Shown here piece after piece: positions 32,546 through 44,246 of a stretch of DNA of 64,000 nucleotides. The DNA is from Alphaproteobacteria bacterium. Its GTDB lineage: Bacteria > Pseudomonadota > Alphaproteobacteria > SHVV01. A program made the translations under genes and the position numbers. The notes below the pieces were generated by a model that did no database searches, had not been told where the DNA came from, and saw nothing but the letters and a program-made list of their open reading frames with translations. The stretch is from contig OZ253470.1 of NCBI GenBank assembly GCA_965261735.1, forward strand, positions 4,736,001 through 4,800,000. Reading direction: 5' to 3'. Each line of letters starts with the position of its first letter. The first letter of the stretch is position 1.

Positions 32546-33532
32546 ATGGCTCTACCAACCTTTACGATGCGTCGGCTCCTCGAAGCCGGCGTGCATTTCG
32601 GCCACCAGACCCAGCGCTGGAATCCGAGAATGGCGCCCTACATCTTCGGCGCCCGCAACAAGATCCACATCATCGACCTGCAGCAAACCGTACCAATGCT
32701 GTACGAGGCGCTGAAAGCCGTGCGCGACGTCGTCGCGGCGGGCGGCCGGGTGCTGCTCGTTGGGACCAAGCGCCAAGCCTCGGAACAGATCATGGATTCC
32801 GCTAAGCGCTGCGGACAGTACTACGTCAATCACCGCTGGCTCGGGGGTACACTGACCAACTGGAACACGATCTCCATTTCGATCAAGCGGCTGCGCGAGC
32901 TCGACCAGCAGCTCGCGGAGGAGAACGTCGGCCTGACCAAGAAGGAGCTCCTGCGCCTCAATCGCGAGCGCGACAAGCTCGAACGCTCGCTGGGCGGCAT
33001 CAAGGAAATGGGCGGGCTGCCGGACCTACTCTTCGTCATCGACACCAATCGCGAGGCCATCGCCGTCCAGGAAGCCAACAAGCTGGGTGTTCCGGTCGCC
33101 GCCGTCCTCGACAGCAACTCGGACCCCGCGGGGATTACCCACCCCATCCCGGGCAACGATGATGCCTTCCGCGCCATCCACCTCTATTGCGACCTGGTGG
33201 CGCGGGCCGTCCTCGACGGCCTCAAGGAGGAGCTCTCGGAGTCGGGTGCGGACATCGGCGAGGCCGAGGAGCTACCGGCGGAGGCGCTGCCGGACGAGGA
33301 CGCTACCGCGGAAGCCGCGGCGGCGCCGGAGCCGACCGTTGCTGGCAACATCGAGCCGGCTGCCGCTGAGGCCGCAGCACTGCTGGAGCCGACCGTTGCC
33401 GACGCCGAGCCGGCGGCCGCGGAAGCCGCCGATGTCGAGACGAGCACCGAGGCAGGGGAATCCGGCTCCGACGCGGCGGCGGAGGCGCCGGTGCCGACCG
33501 ATGAACCCAAGACGTCGCCCGCCGAAACCTAG
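32546..33532 (+). CDS. rpsB: 30S ribosomal protein S2 with a long acidic C-terminal tail
   Basis: [28 protein letters not shown]. Confidence 0.97.
   Translation: MALPTFTMRRLLEAGVHFGHQTQRWNPRMAPYIFGARNKIHIIDLQQTVPMLYEALKAVRDVVAAGGRVLLVGTKRQASEQIMDSAKRCGQYYVNHRWLGGTLTNWNTISISIKRLRELDQQLAEENVGLTKKELLRLNRERDKLERSLGGIKEMGGLPDLLFVIDTNREAIAVQEANKLGVPVAAVLDSNSDPAGITHPIPGNDDAFRAIHLYCDLVARAVLDGLKEELSESGADIGEAEELPAEALPDEDATAEAAAAPEPTVAGNIEPAAAEAAALLEPTVADAEPAAAEAADVETSTEAGESGSDAAAEAPVPTDEPKTSPAET
33306..33430 (+). repeat. Imperfect in-frame ~57-bp tandem duplication in the rpsB tail
   Basis: GGAGCCGACCGTTGC at 33328-33342 and 33385-33399; the peptide [18 protein letters not shown] occurs twice. Confidence 0.75.
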
Positions 33533-33619
33533 TTCGATGCCGTCCGTGGACGCCGGTAGCGGAGAAAATCTAAGCGTTTTCCACAACTTGAAAATACTTT
33601 CTCCTAAATGAGCTGAATT

Positions 33620-34543
33620 ATGGCCGAGATATCCGCGTCCCTCGTCAAGGAACTCCGCGGCCGCACCGGCGCGGGCATGATGGACTGCAAGAAGGCGCTA
33701 ACCGAAACGGCGAGCGACCTCGACGCGGCGAATGATTGGCTCCGGGCCAAGGGCCTCGCGGCGGCGGCCAAGAAGGCCGGGCGCATCACCGCGCAGGGCC
33801 TTATCGCGGTCAGCACATCGGCGACCGCGGCGGCGATGGTGGAGGTCAACTCGGAAACCGATTTCGTCGCCCGCAACGAGCTGTTCCAATCCTTTGCTCG
33901 TACGGTAGCCGAGCTTGCGCTCGCCCGAGGGGGCGACCTGAACGATCTGCTCGGTTCCGACTACCCCGGCCAGTCGCACAGTGTCGCCGACCAGGTGGCC
34001 CAGGTCATTGCCATCGTCGGCGAAAATGTGAGCGTGCCGCGTGTCGCCACCGTGTCGGTCGAATCCGGGGTGGTCGCGAGCTACGTCCACGGGGCGCTCG
34101 CGCCCGGCTTGGGCCGTATCGGTACGCTGGTAGGTCTGCGCTCGAGCGGCAGTCCGGGCGAGCTCGCGGGGTTTGGCAAGCAGCTCGCCATGCACATCGC
34201 GGCGGCCGGCCCGCAGTCGGTCGGTATCGCCGAACTCAATCCGGTGCTGGTGGCGCGGGAACGCGACGTGCTGAAACAGCAGGCACTAGAATCGGGCAAG
34301 CCCGAGGCCATTGTCGACAAAATGGTCGAGGGGCGTTTGCGCAAGTACTACGAGGATGTCGTCCTCCTCGAGCAGACTTTCGTTATCGACGGGGAGAGCC
34401 GGGTTTCCGAGGCACTGGAAGCTGCCGCGGCCGCAGCCGGGGCGGCGATCGAAATTACCGGTTTCGAGCGCTTTGCGTTGGGCGAGGGCGTCGCATCGGG
34501 TGACGTTGAGGGCGCGGAGGCTGTGAGCGAGGCGAGCGCTTGA
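33620..34543 (+). CDS. tsf: Elongation factor Ts
   Basis: VKELR.RTGAGMMDCKKAL, EVNSETDFVARN. Confidence 0.97.
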   Translation: MAEISASLVKELRGRTGAGMMDCKKALTETASDLDAANDWLRAKGLAAAAKKAGRITAQGLIAVSTSATAAAMVEVNSETDFVARNELFQSFARTVAELALARGGDLNDLLGSDYPGQSHSVADQVAQVIAIVGENVSVPRVATVSVESGVVASYVHGALAPGLGRIGTLVGLRSSGSPGELAGFGKQLAMHIAAAGPQSVGIAELNPVLVARERDVLKQQALESGKPEAIVDKMVEGRLRKYYEDVVLLEQTFVIDGESRVSEALEAAAAAAGAAIEITGFERFALGEGVASGDVEGAEAVSEASA

Positions 34544-34666
34544 GGCGCGCGAAGCGCCGCATGCGGGGGGCCAGCGGGACCGGGGCTCGGAACAGACTAT
34601 GATTGGCGCCGTCGCGACCTCGCGCCCCCTCAATCGCACTCCTGGTCGATAAATACAAAACGCCCG

Positions 34667-35392
34667 ATGTCAGGCCCCGCGAATTACAGCCGTATTCTGC
34701 TGAAGGTTTCCGGCGAGGCGCTGATGGGCGACCTCGACTACGGCATCGACTGGGAGACGGTCGGCAAAATTGCGGCGCAGGTCCAAACCGTCCACAAGAT
34801 GGGAGTCGAAGTCTGCCTGGTGATCGGCGGCGGCAACATCTTTCGCGGCATGTCGGGGGCCGGCATCGGTATGGAGCGGGCCGGCGCCGACTACATAGGC
34901 ATGCTGGCGACGGTGATCAACGCGCTCGCGACCCAGCACACGCTCGAGGGACTGGGCGTGGCAACGCGCGTTCTCTCAGCCATTCCCATGGCCGCGGTGT
35001 GTGAACCATTCGTCCGCCGGCGCGCCATCCGACACCTCGAGAAGGGAAGGGTGGTGATCTTTGCTGGCGGTACCGGCAATCCGTTCTTCACGACCGACAC
35101 CGCCGCGGCGCTGAGGGCTGCCGAAATGGGCTGCGACGCCTTGCTCAAGGGCACGCAGGTCGATGGCGTCTACTCCGCTGACCCAAGAAAATCGCCGGAT
35201 GCGCAGCGCTATGATAGGCTCGGTTATCTCGAAGTCCTGTCCAAGGACCTCCAAGTCATGGACGCGGCCGCAATCACCCTGGCGAGGGAGAACAGGATTC
35301 CGATCATCGTGTTTTCCATTCACCAGCCTGACGCCCTGCCGGAGTTGATGGCGGGAAGGGGCGTATGTACCGTGATTGGCGCGGCGGATTGA
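34667..35392 (+). CDS. pyrH: UMP kinase
   Basis: [29 protein letters not shown]. Confidence 0.97.
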   Translation: MSGPANYSRILLKVSGEALMGDLDYGIDWETVGKIAAQVQTVHKMGVEVCLVIGGGNIFRGMSGAGIGMERAGADYIGMLATVINALATQHTLEGLGVATRVLSAIPMAAVCEPFVRRRAIRHLEKGRVVIFAGGTGNPFFTTDTAAALRAAEMGCDALLKGTQVDGVYSADPRKSPDAQRYDRLGYLEVLSKDLQVMDAAAITLARENRIPIIVFSIHQPDALPELMAGRGVCTVIGAAD

Positions 35393-35396
35393 GGCG

Positions 35397-35954
35397 ATGG
35401 CGGATCCCGACCTATCGGATGTCCAGCGGCGCATGAACGGCGCGCTCGAGGTGCTGCGCCAGGAGTTGGCCGGCCTCAGGACCGGGCGCGCGTCGGTGAG
35501 TCTGCTCGAGCCGATCAGCGTGGAGGCCTATGACACGCAGATGCCGCTCAATCAAGTTGCCACCATCAACGCCCCCGAGCCGCGCCTTCTGACGGTCCAG
35601 GTGTGGGACCGCTCGATGACCAAGGCGGTCGAGAAGGCGATCCTGAAATCGGACCTTGGGCTCAACCCAACCACCGACGGATCGCTCATTCGCGTGCCGA
35701 TCCCGGAACTCAACGAAGAGCGGCGGCGCGATCTCGCCAAGATCGCGAGTAAATATACCGAGCAGGCCCGCGTCGCCGTGCGCAACGTGCGCCGCGACGG
35801 CATGGACATGCTCAAGCGGCTCGAAAAGGAAGGCGAGATTTCGCAGGACGACCAGCACTTGTGGGGCGAGGAAGTCCAGGAGATGACGGACGAACTGATC
35901 AAGCAGATTGACGCGCTGCTCGGGGCCAAAGACAAGGAGATCATGCAAGTCTGA
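35397..35954 (+). CDS. frr: Ribosome recycling factor
   Basis: [22 protein letters not shown]. Confidence 0.97.
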   Translation: MADPDLSDVQRRMNGALEVLRQELAGLRTGRASVSLLEPISVEAYDTQMPLNQVATINAPEPRLLTVQVWDRSMTKAVEKAILKSDLGLNPTTDGSLIRVPIPELNEERRRDLAKIASKYTEQARVAVRNVRRDGMDMLKRLEKEGEISQDDQHLWGEEVQEMTDELIKQIDALLGAKDKEIMQV

Positions 35955-35957
35955 CCC

Positions 35958-36692
35958 ATGGAAGCCGCACCCCCCCACTTCCTAGGGCGGCCGCCGCCAA
36001 CCCACGTGGCCATTATCATGGACGGCAACGGCCGGTGGGCCAAGTCGCGCGGCCTGCCGCGAATCGCCGGTCATCAGCGCGGCGCGGACGCGGTGCGGAC
36101 CGTGGTCAGGGGTTGCCACGACCTCGGTGTCTCCTACCTGACGCTGTACGCGTTTTCGTCCGAGAACTGGAAGCGGCCGGCGGCGGAGGTCGACGATCTG
36201 ATGGGGCTCCTGCGCCTTTACCTGCGACGCGAGCTCAGCGATTTGCATCGCCGCCATGTCCGCATTCGCTTCATCGGCGCCCGCGAGGGATTGGCCGCCG
36301 ATATCGTCGATCTCATTAACGAGGCGGAGAGCAAGACGCGCGACAACGCCGACCTTACGCTGGTCATCGCCCTCAACTACGGCAGTCACGGAGAAATCGT
36401 CCGCGCCTGCCGCGCCCTGGCCAGCGAGGTCGCGGCCGGACACCTGGCCGTCGATGACATCACAGAGGAGCGCTTCGCGCGTAGCCTCGAAACCGCTGAC
36501 CTACCCGATCCCGATCTCGTTATCCGCACCAGCGGCGAACAGCGGCTCAGCAACTTCCTGCTGTGGCAGTCGGCTTACTCCGAGCTCGTCTTCACCGACA
36601 CCCTGTGGCCCGATTTCTCCAAGCAAACCCTTGAATACGCGATCAGCGAGTTCCACGGCCGGGAACGCCGCTACGGTGCCACGAATGGCTGA
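35958..36692 (+). CDS. uppS: Undecaprenyl diphosphate synthase
   Basis: [38 protein letters not shown]. Confidence 0.96.
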   Translation: MEAAPPHFLGRPPPTHVAIIMDGNGRWAKSRGLPRIAGHQRGADAVRTVVRGCHDLGVSYLTLYAFSSENWKRPAAEVDDLMGLLRLYLRRELSDLHRRHVRIRFIGAREGLAADIVDLINEAESKTRDNADLTLVIALNYGSHGEIVRACRALASEVAAGHLAVDDITEERFARSLETADLPDPDLVIRTSGEQRLSNFLLWQSAYSELVFTDTLWPDFSKQTLEYAISEFHGRERRYGATNG

Positions 36693-37500
36693 GGCGTCCG
36701 CGGATTCGCTGCGTTTGCGCACATTGTCCGCGACCGCGCTGCTGCCGGTGCCGCTCGCGGCGGCGTACGTCGGGGGATGGGTGTTCGCGGTCCTGATCCT
36801 TGTCGCCGCGCTGCTGGCGGGTCGCGAGTGGGATCGCCTGTGCCGCGGCAGCGGTGGGGGCGCGGTGGCCCTGTCACATGCCGCCATCGTTACCGGCGCG
36901 ATCGTCTTGGCCGCACGCGGCGAGTATAGCCTCGCGCTCGGCTTGGCGGCGGCGGGTGCAGTTGCGGTCGGCGCGATCGCTGCGCTCGCCCATCGCATGC
37001 CCGGCTGGCCAGCGACCGGGGTCGCCTATATTGCCCTGCCGGCGATCGCATGCATCTATTTGCGCGGAGACCCCGAATACGGCCGGACGCTGGTGCTGTG
37101 GATGTTCCTGGCCGTTTGGGCCGCCGATGTGGGCGGCTTCGTGGCTGGGCGTACCTTCGGAGGACCACGCCTCGCGCCGCGCATTAGCCCGGGCAAGACC
37201 TGGGCCGGCCTCGGCGGCGGCCTAGTATCGGCGATGCTCGTGGGCGCGGCCGCGGCCCTCGTCGCCGACCCATCGTCCATCGCGCTTCTTGTGTTGGCGA
37301 GCGCTGTGGTCGCCCTCGTCGCGCAATGTGGTGACCTCGCCGAATCGTGGGTCAAGCGCCGCTTCGACGCCAAGAACAGCGGCAGCCTCATACCGGGCCA
37401 CGGCGGTCTTCTCGACCGCCTCGACAGCATGATCTTCGCCGCGCCAGCCGTAGCCGGCGTCGTGCTCTTGGGGGCCGGGGACATGCTGGCATGGCGGTAG
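36685..37500 (+). CDS. cdsA: Phosphatidate cytidylyltransferase
   Basis: [35 protein letters not shown]. Confidence 0.95.
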   Translation: MAEASADSLRLRTLSATALLPVPLAAAYVGGWVFAVLILVAALLAGREWDRLCRGSGGGAVALSHAAIVTGAIVLAARGEYSLALGLAAAGAVAVGAIAALAHRMPGWPATGVAYIALPAIACIYLRGDPEYGRTLVLWMFLAVWAADVGGFVAGRTFGGPRLAPRISPGKTWAGLGGGLVSAMLVGAAAALVADPSSIALLVLASAVVALVAQCGDLAESWVKRRFDAKNSGSLIPGHGGLLDRLDSMIFAAPAVAGVVLLGAGDMLAWR

Positions 37501-38696
37501 TTTCGAGCCGGCGCACGGCGCCGAGACGCCGGGTGACTATTCTCGGGTCGACCGGATCCGTAGGCTGCAACACGGTCGATCTGATCGAGCGCAACCCCGA
37601 CGCCTACGTGGTCGAGGCACTGACCGCGCATCACAACGTCGCGCTCCTGGCGGAGCAGGCGCGACGGCTTAAACCGCGCCTAGCGGTGATCGCCGACGTG
37701 AGCTTGTTCGCGGGCCTCAAGGCGGCTCTGGCGGGCACCGGCGTGACGGCTGCGGCCGGACCCGAATCGGTGGTCGAGGCGGCGGCCGCTCCGGCCGAAT
37801 GGGTGATGGCCTCGATCGTCGGCGCCGCCGGGCTCGAGGCGACACTCGCGGCGGTGCGACGCGGAGCCATCGTTGCCCTCGCTAACAAGGAGTCTCTCGT
37901 CTGCGCCGGCCGACTGATCATGGACGAGGTCGCGCGAAGCGACGCCACCATGGTCCCCGTCGATTCGGAGCACAACGCCGTCTTTCAGATATTCGAGGCT
38001 GATCGCGAGGAAGCGGTCGAAAGGATCATCCTTACGGCCTCGGGCGGACCGTTCCGCACCCTCGATCTCAGTGCCATGAGAGATGTTACGCCCGAGCAGG
38101 CCGTCGCCCATCCCAACTGGTCGATGGGCGCCAAGATCTCCGTCGATTCGGCGACGATGATGAACAAGGGGCTCGAGCTGATCGAGGCCTGTCATCTATT
38201 TCCTATCGCCGAGGACCGGGTCGAGGTACTGGTTCACCCGCAGTCGGTGGTTCACAGCATGGTCGCTTACGTCGACGGATCGGTCCTCGCGCAGCTCGGT
38301 GCCCCCGATATGCGAACTCCCATCGCGTATGCCCTCGGGTGGCCGCACCGGATCGCGGCACCAGCGGCGCGCCTCGACCTCGCTCGGATCGGTCAGCTCA
38401 CGTTCGAGGCGCCCGATATCGAGCGCTTTCCGGCACTGCGCCTCGCGCGCGCGGCGCTGAAGAGCGGCGAAAGCGCGCCGGCCATCCTCAACGCCGCGAA
38501 CGAAGTCGCCGTACGCGGATTCCTCGAGCGGCGGATCGGTTTTCTCGATATTGCCCGTATCGTCGAGGAAACACTCGAGCGGCTCCCGCCCGAGCCGCTC
38601 GGCACCATTGACGATGTGTATGCGGTCGACGAGCGTGCGCGGGCCGTGGCGGCACAGCTCGCCGAAGTGCCGCACGGCGCGGCGGCGAGGCGCTGA
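37491..38696 (+). CDS. dxr: 1-deoxy-D-xylulose-5-phosphate reductoisomerase
   Basis: [42 protein letters not shown]. Confidence 0.97.
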   Translation: MAVVSSRRTAPRRRVTILGSTGSVGCNTVDLIERNPDAYVVEALTAHHNVALLAEQARRLKPRLAVIADVSLFAGLKAALAGTGVTAAAGPESVVEAAAAPAEWVMASIVGAAGLEATLAAVRRGAIVALANKESLVCAGRLIMDEVARSDATMVPVDSEHNAVFQIFEADREEAVERIILTASGGPFRTLDLSAMRDVTPEQAVAHPNWSMGAKISVDSATMMNKGLELIEACHLFPIAEDRVEVLVHPQSVVHSMVAYVDGSVLAQLGAPDMRTPIAYALGWPHRIAAPAARLDLARIGQLTFEAPDIERFPALRLARAALKSGESAPAILNAANEVAVRGFLERRIGFLDIARIVEETLERLPPEPLGTIDDVYAVDERARAVAAQLAEVPHGAAARR

Positions 38697-38698
38697 TC

Positions 38699-39838
38699 AT
38701 GGCCGTGCTCGAAACGCTGTGGACTTACGTCATCCCGTTCATCCTCATTTTGACCCCCGTCGTTTACGTCCACGAGCTCGGCCACTACCTGGTCGCGCGC
38801 TACAACGACGTAAGGGTCGAGGTGTTCTCTGTGGGTTTCGGCCCGGAGATTACCGGATGGACGGACCGTAGCGGCACGCGGTGGAAGATCAGCGCGATCC
38901 CGCTCGGCGGGTACGTGAAGTTCTTCGGCGACGTCAATGCGGCGAGCATGCCGGGCGAGGACGCTCCCGGAATGACCGAGGCGGAGCGCGCCGTGTGTTT
39001 CAACTACAAGCGGCTCGGGCAGCGCGCCGCCATCGTCAGCGCGGGGCCGATCAGCAATTTCATCTTCGCCGTCATCGTCTACGCGGTCTTGTTCGCGACA
39101 TTCGGGCAGAACTATACGCCGCCCGTCGTCAGCGAGGTGCTGGCGGGAAGCGCGGCCGATGAGGCCGGGATACGCGCGGGCGACCGGATCGTCGAGATCG
39201 ACGGCAAGGCGACCGACAGCTTCCGGCAGGTGCAGCAGATCATCCGCTTCAACCCCGGGATCCGCCTCGACATGATCGTCCGTCGCGACGACAGCGAGGT
39301 GGCGCTCACGGTGACTCCGAGAGTGACGGAATTTACGGACAATTTCGGGCGCAGCCATCGTATCGGCATGCTTGGCGTCTCTCACCACGGCGCCGGGGAG
39401 ATCATTCGCCACGATCCGCTATCGGCGATGTGGCTGGCGGTGACGGAAACCGGGCGCATTACGGTGATGACGCTAGAATATGTCGGCCAGGTCGTGGTCG
39501 GCGCCCGCCCCGGCAACGAGATCGGCGGACCGATCGGCATCGCCAGACTCTCCGGCGAAGTCTTCAAGATCAGCTTTGCCGTGGTCCTCTCCTTTCTCGC
39601 CGTGCTCTCCATCAGCCTCGGATTGATCAACCTGTTTCCGATACCGGTTCTGGACGGCGGCCATCTCATGTTTTACGCGATCGAGGCGCTGCGCGGGAAA
39701 CCCCTCGGCGCGCGCTCCCAGGAATACGGCTTTCGCATCGGCTTTGCGCTGGTGCTCTCGCTCCTGGTATATGCGACCTGGAATGACCTCAACGGCATTC
39801 CGCAAGTCGTCAACTTCCTGAGCGGCCTGTTTTCCTGA
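38699..39838 (+). CDS. rseP: RIP metalloprotease RseP
   Basis: HELGH, PLGGYVK, PDZ domain, NLFPIPVLDGG. Confidence 0.96.
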   Translation: MAVLETLWTYVIPFILILTPVVYVHELGHYLVARYNDVRVEVFSVGFGPEITGWTDRSGTRWKISAIPLGGYVKFFGDVNAASMPGEDAPGMTEAERAVCFNYKRLGQRAAIVSAGPISNFIFAVIVYAVLFATFGQNYTPPVVSEVLAGSAADEAGIRAGDRIVEIDGKATDSFRQVQQIIRFNPGIRLDMIVRRDDSEVALTVTPRVTEFTDNFGRSHRIGMLGVSHHGAGEIIRHDPLSAMWLAVTETGRITVMTLEYVGQVVVGARPGNEIGGPIGIARLSGEVFKISFAVVLSFLAVLSISLGLINLFPIPVLDGGHLMFYAIEALRGKPLGARSQEYGFRIGFALVLSLLVYATWNDLNGIPQVVNFLSGLFS

Positions 39839-39855
39839 GCCCGACCACCCAGACG

Positions 39856-42177
39856 ATGCGAAGAATGATCTCGGTGTTGGCGCTGATGCACCTCATCGGC
39901 GCCGCGGTCTTCGGCGTAGGGCCGAGCCGCGAAGCGGCGGCCCAGACGGGGACTAGGGCAGGATTGCCTGTCATTTCCGACATTCGCGTTGAAGGCAACC
40001 AACGTATCGAGGCTGAGACGGTGCGCTCATCGATGGTCGTCGGAATCGGCGATCGAATGGATCCGGCACGCATCGACCAATCGCTCAAGACCCTCTTCGA
40101 AACGGGCCTGTTTGCCGACGTCACCATCCGCCGCGCCGGCGATGCCCTGGTCGTGACGGTGGTCGAGAATCCGATCATCAACCAGCGGGTCTTCGAGGGC
40201 AACCGAAGACTGTCCGACGAGGTGCTGCAGGCGGAAGTGCAGCTGCGCCCCCGCGTCGTGTACACGCGGGCGCGGATCAGCAACGACGTGCAGCGGATCC
40301 TGCAGCTCTATCGCCGCGCCGGGCGATTCTCGGCGCGGGTCGAGCCCAAGGTTATCCAGCTGCCGCAGAATCGTGTCGACCTGGTGTTCGAGATCGACGA
40401 GGGCGCGCTCACGAAGATCCGTAGGATCTCCTTTGTCGGCAATCGCAAGTTCAGCGACGGTCAGCTGCGCGATCAGCTGACGACAAAGGAATCATGCTTC
40501 AGCTTGTTTGTCGTCTGCGTCCCCCGCTTCCTTTCGGCCACCGATCACTACGACCCCGACCGTTTGACCTTCGACCGCGAGCAACTTCGCAGGTTCTACC
40601 TGTCGAAGGGATTTGCGGATTTCCGTGTGATCTCGGCCGTCGCCGAGTTGTCCCACGACCGCAAGGACTTCTTCATCACCTTTTCGATCGACGAAGGAGA
40701 GACCTATCGGTTCGGCGCCCTCGACGTCGATTCATCCTTGCCCGACCTTCAACCCGAGCAGCTGAGCGGCCTGATCACGGCGGAGAGCGGTGGTACCTAC
40801 AACGCCCAGCTCATAGAGGAGTCGATCCAGAGACTGACCTTCGAAACCGGTCGGCTGGGCTACGCTTTCGTCGAAATCAGCCCGCGCCCGAAGCGCGACC
40901 GTGAGGCGAGAACGATCGACGTGACGTTCGAAATACAGGAGAGCCCGCGCGTCTACGTCGAGAGGATCAATATCACCGGCAACGTCCGCACCCTCGACGA
41001 GGTCATCCGGCGCGAGTTCCGCCTCGCCGAGGGTGACGCGTTCAATACGGCCAAGCTGCGCCGTTCGCGGAGAGAGATCCGAGGACTCGGGTTCTTTGAC
41101 AGAGTCGAGATCAGCGAGCGCCAGGGACGGGTGCCCGACCGTACCGTGATAACGGCGGACGTCGAGGAGCGCTCGACGGGCGAACTCAGTATCGGCGCCG
41201 GCGTTTCCACGAACGAGGGATTCATCGGCGACCTCAGCATCCGTGAGCGCAATCTTCTCGGCAAGGGACAAGACCTGCGCCTGGGCTTCAACATTAGCCA
41301 GCGGCGGCAGGAGATTGACCTCTCCTTCACCGAGCCCTACTTCCTCGATCGCCGGCTCGCGGCCGGCTTCGACGTCTTCAACCGCCGCCGCGATTTTCAG
41401 GACGAGAGCTCGTTCGACGAGAGCAATATCGGTTTCGCCTTGCGCGCGGGCTTTCCCATTACCGAGAATCTCCGCCAGACGCTCAACTACACGCTGCGAC
41501 AGGACTCCATCGAGAACGTCGGCGCCGGCGCGTCCCGCTTCATCCGCGAGCAGGAGGGGGAGCGGATCAGCTCCTCGATCGGCTACCAGCTCGTCTATGA
41601 CATACGCGACGACCGGCTCGAGCCGACCTCGGGCTACATCGTGCGACTCAGCCAAGACGTGGCCGGACTGGGCGGACAAGTGAGGTACATCAAGACGGCC
41701 ATCGATTACAGCTACTATTATCCGCTCCCTGCGGGATGGATCGCTTCGGTTTCGCTTCGCGATGGCTATGTCTTTGGCATCGGCCAGGACGTGGGCATCG
41801 CCGACCGCTTCTTTCTCGGTGGATCCAGCTTTCGCGGCTTTCAGCCGGGCGGCGTCGGTCCCCGCGATCGCGCTACCGGCGATTCGCTCGGCGGCAAAGT
41901 CTTCTATGTGGGCACGGGGGAACTGACCTTTCCGCTGGGCTTGCCCAATGAGTATGGTATCCTCGGGCGAATGTTTGCTCTGGCTGGCAGCCTGGCTCAG
42001 GTCGACGAGGGGGGCAGCGGCCTTGCCGACATCGGGTCGGTCCGGGTTTCGTCCGGTTTCGGGTTGTCGTGGCGTTCCCCCCTTGGACCCGTGCGAGTCG
42101 ATTACAGCATTCCCCTTGTTAAGGAAGACTTCGACGAAACCGAGGCGTTCCGGTTCAGCTTTGGCACGCGGTTCTAG
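39856..42177 (+). CDS. bamA: Outer membrane protein assembly factor BamA
   Basis: POTRA repeats, FRGF motif, C-terminal FRFSFGTRF. Confidence 0.96.
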   Translation: MRRMISVLALMHLIGAAVFGVGPSREAAAQTGTRAGLPVISDIRVEGNQRIEAETVRSSMVVGIGDRMDPARIDQSLKTLFETGLFADVTIRRAGDALVVTVVENPIINQRVFEGNRRLSDEVLQAEVQLRPRVVYTRARISNDVQRILQLYRRAGRFSARVEPKVIQLPQNRVDLVFEIDEGALTKIRRISFVGNRKFSDGQLRDQLTTKESCFSLFVVCVPRFLSATDHYDPDRLTFDREQLRRFYLSKGFADFRVISAVAELSHDRKDFFITFSIDEGETYRFGALDVDSSLPDLQPEQLSGLITAESGGTYNAQLIEESIQRLTFETGRLGYAFVEISPRPKRDREARTIDVTFEIQESPRVYVERINITGNVRTLDEVIRREFRLAEGDAFNTAKLRRSRREIRGLGFFDRVEISERQGRVPDRTVITADVEERSTGELSIGAGVSTNEGFIGDLSIRERNLLGKGQDLRLGFNISQRRQEIDLSFTEPYFLDRRLAAGFDVFNRRRDFQDESSFDESNIGFALRAGFPITENLRQTLNYTLRQDSIENVGAGASRFIREQEGERISSSIGYQLVYDIRDDRLEPTSGYIVRLSQDVAGLGGQVRYIKTAIDYSYYYPLPAGWIASVSLRDGYVFGIGQDVGIADRFFLGGSSFRGFQPGGVGPRDRATGDSLGGKVFYVGTGELTFPLGLPNEYGILGRMFALAGSLAQVDEGGSGLADIGSVRVSSGFGLSWRSPLGPVRVDYSIPLVKEDFDETEAFRFSFGTRF

Positions 42178-42747
42178 ATGAGAGTCTCGCATGTCCGAGC
42201 GGGGATAGTCCTGGCCACCGCGCTGCACGGGATGGCCCTTGCGGACTTGGCGACCGCCGCCGAGCCGTTCTCGCCGGCAGTCATCGCCGTCGTCGATGCG
42301 CAGAGGGTGACGCAGACGTCAAAGGCGATGCAGCGCATCAAGGGGCAAATCGAAGAGCACCGGAGTGTCTTCCAGGTCAAGATCAACAAGCTCGACGAAG
42401 CGCTCAGACGCGAAGAACAGGACCTAAACAGGCAGCAGACGATCCTCACCCCCGAGGTGTTTACCGAAAAGAGACGCGATTTTCAGCAGAGGGTCGCCAG
42501 CGCCCAGCGCGAGGTCCAGGAGCGCATCCGAGCTCTGGATCGCGTTCTCGTCGATGCCACTCGCCAACTCCAGCGCGCCATGTTGCCGATCTTCATCGAG
42601 CTCGCCAGCGAGCGCGGCTTCAATATCGTGCTCCCAAGTCGGCAAGTCGTCTTCGCCACGCCGGATCTCGATGTTACCGACGACGTGCTGCGTCGGCTCG
42701 ACGAACGGCTTCCGAGCGTCGAGATCGCCCTTCCTTCGATCGACTAA
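42178..42747 (+). CDS. skp: OmpH/Skp family periplasmic chaperone
   Basis: Signal peptide, IAVVD, coiled coil, [11 protein letters not shown]; located between bamA and lpxD. Confidence 0.88.
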   Translation: MRVSHVRAGIVLATALHGMALADLATAAEPFSPAVIAVVDAQRVTQTSKAMQRIKGQIEEHRSVFQVKINKLDEALRREEQDLNRQQTILTPEVFTEKRRDFQQRVASAQREVQERIRALDRVLVDATRQLQRAMLPIFIELASERGFNIVLPSRQVVFATPDLDVTDDVLRRLDERLPSVEIALPSID

Positions 42748-43778
42748 TGGCGGATCCGCGGTTCCATTCACGCCGGGGCCCGCTCACACTCTCCGAACTC
42801 GCGGCCGTGTCCGGAACCGCGCTCGCGCCCGGCGTCGAGGGAGGCCAGGAAGTCGAGGATGTCGCACCCCTCGACACCGCCGGTCCTCGCGACCTGAGCT
42901 TTCTCGATAATCCGCGGTACGTCGAGGCCTTCAGCCGTAGTGACGCAGGCGCCTGCATCGTCCGGCCCGCCTTGGCCGCGCGCGCTCCCGCCGCGATGGC
43001 GCTCCTCCTCGGCGACGAGCCGTACAAGTCCTATGCCCTGGCTGCCCGGGCGTTCTACCCGGAGCGTGCCGCCGATCCTGGTGTCGACCCCTCGGCACGA
43101 GTGGACGCTACCGCCCACCTCGGCGCCGACTGTGCCATCGGCCCCGGCGTCGTTATCGGCAAGGGGGCCATTATCGGCGCGCGGTGCAGCGTCGGCGCCA
43201 ACACAGTGATCGGGCCCGCCGTCGAAGTCGGTGCGGACACCCGCATCGGGGCCGTGGTTTCGCTCAGCCATTGCCTGATCGGCCGCCGTGTCGCGATCTA
43301 CCCGGGTGTGCGCATCGGCCAAGATGGTTTCGGATTCGCCCCTGGCCCCGCGGGCTACGTCAAGGTGCCGCAGCTCGGTCGAGTCATCATTCACGACGAC
43401 GTGGAGATCGGCGCCAACACAACGATCGACCGCGGCGCGGGCCCCGATACCATCATCGGCGAAGGGTGCTGGATTGATAATCTCGTGCAGATCGGGCACA
43501 ACGTACAGCTCGGCCGCGCCTGCATCATCGTAGCCCAAGCCGGCATCTCTGGCAGCGTGATGCTCGGCGACGGTGTGGTGGTGGGCGGCCAAGCAGGGAT
43601 CGTAGGCCACCTGACGATCGGCCGCGGCGCGCAGATCGCCGGTAAGAGCGGCGTCACGAGCGACCTGCCGGACGGCGCACGCGTGGGCGGTTCTCCCGCG
43701 GTCCCGATCCGGGTGTGGCACCGCCAAACGGTGCTGCTCGCCGGGATGGCCAAGAAGAAGGGGTCTGCCGATGAATGA
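42747..43778 (+). CDS. lpxD: UDP-3-O-acylglucosamine N-acyltransferase
   Basis: [27 protein letters not shown], hexapeptide repeats. Confidence 0.96.
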   Translation: MADPRFHSRRGPLTLSELAAVSGTALAPGVEGGQEVEDVAPLDTAGPRDLSFLDNPRYVEAFSRSDAGACIVRPALAARAPAAMALLLGDEPYKSYALAARAFYPERAADPGVDPSARVDATAHLGADCAIGPGVVIGKGAIIGARCSVGANTVIGPAVEVGADTRIGAVVSLSHCLIGRRVAIYPGVRIGQDGFGFAPGPAGYVKVPQLGRVIIHDDVEIGANTTIDRGAGPDTIIGEGCWIDNLVQIGHNVQLGRACIIVAQAGISGSVMLGDGVVVGGQAGIVGHLTIGRGAQIAGKSGVTSDLPDGARVGGSPAVPIRVWHRQTVLLAGMAKKKGSADE

Positions 43779-44238
43779 GGTCACATCGGGCGTCGAAATG
43801 GGAACCGCCGACGTCCTCGACATCATGCAGATGATCCCGCACCGCTATCCCATGTTGATGATCGACAAGGTCGTCGACATGGTCGCCAACTCGAGAGCGA
43901 CCGGGATCAAGAACGTCACCATCGGCGAGCCCTTTTTCGTGGGTCACTTTCCGGTGCGCCCGGTCATGCCCGGGGTCATGATCGTTGAGTCGATGGCGCA
44001 GACCGCCGCCGTGCTGGTCGTTTACACTCTCGGGGCCGAGGCGCGGGGCAAGCTCGTCTACTTCATGACCATCGACAAGGCCCGTTTCCGCCGCCCCGTT
44101 ACGCCTGGCGACACAATGCGGATTTTCGTCTCAAAGGAGCATAGCCGCGGTAACGTTTGGCGCTTCAACGCCGAGGTCAAGGTCGACCGCACCCGGGTAG
44201 CACACGCCAATTTTTCCGCCATCATTCTCGACGACTAG
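43771..44238 (+). CDS. fabZ: 3-hydroxyacyl-ACP dehydratase
   Basis: [25 protein letters not shown]. Confidence 0.96.
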   Translation: MNEVTSGVEMGTADVLDIMQMIPHRYPMLMIDKVVDMVANSRATGIKNVTIGEPFFVGHFPVRPVMPGVMIVESMAQTAAVLVVYTLGAEARGKLVYFMTIDKARFRRPVTPGDTMRIFVSKEHSRGNVWRFNAEVKVDRTRVAHANFSAIILDD

Positions 44239-44246
44239 GAGCCTCG

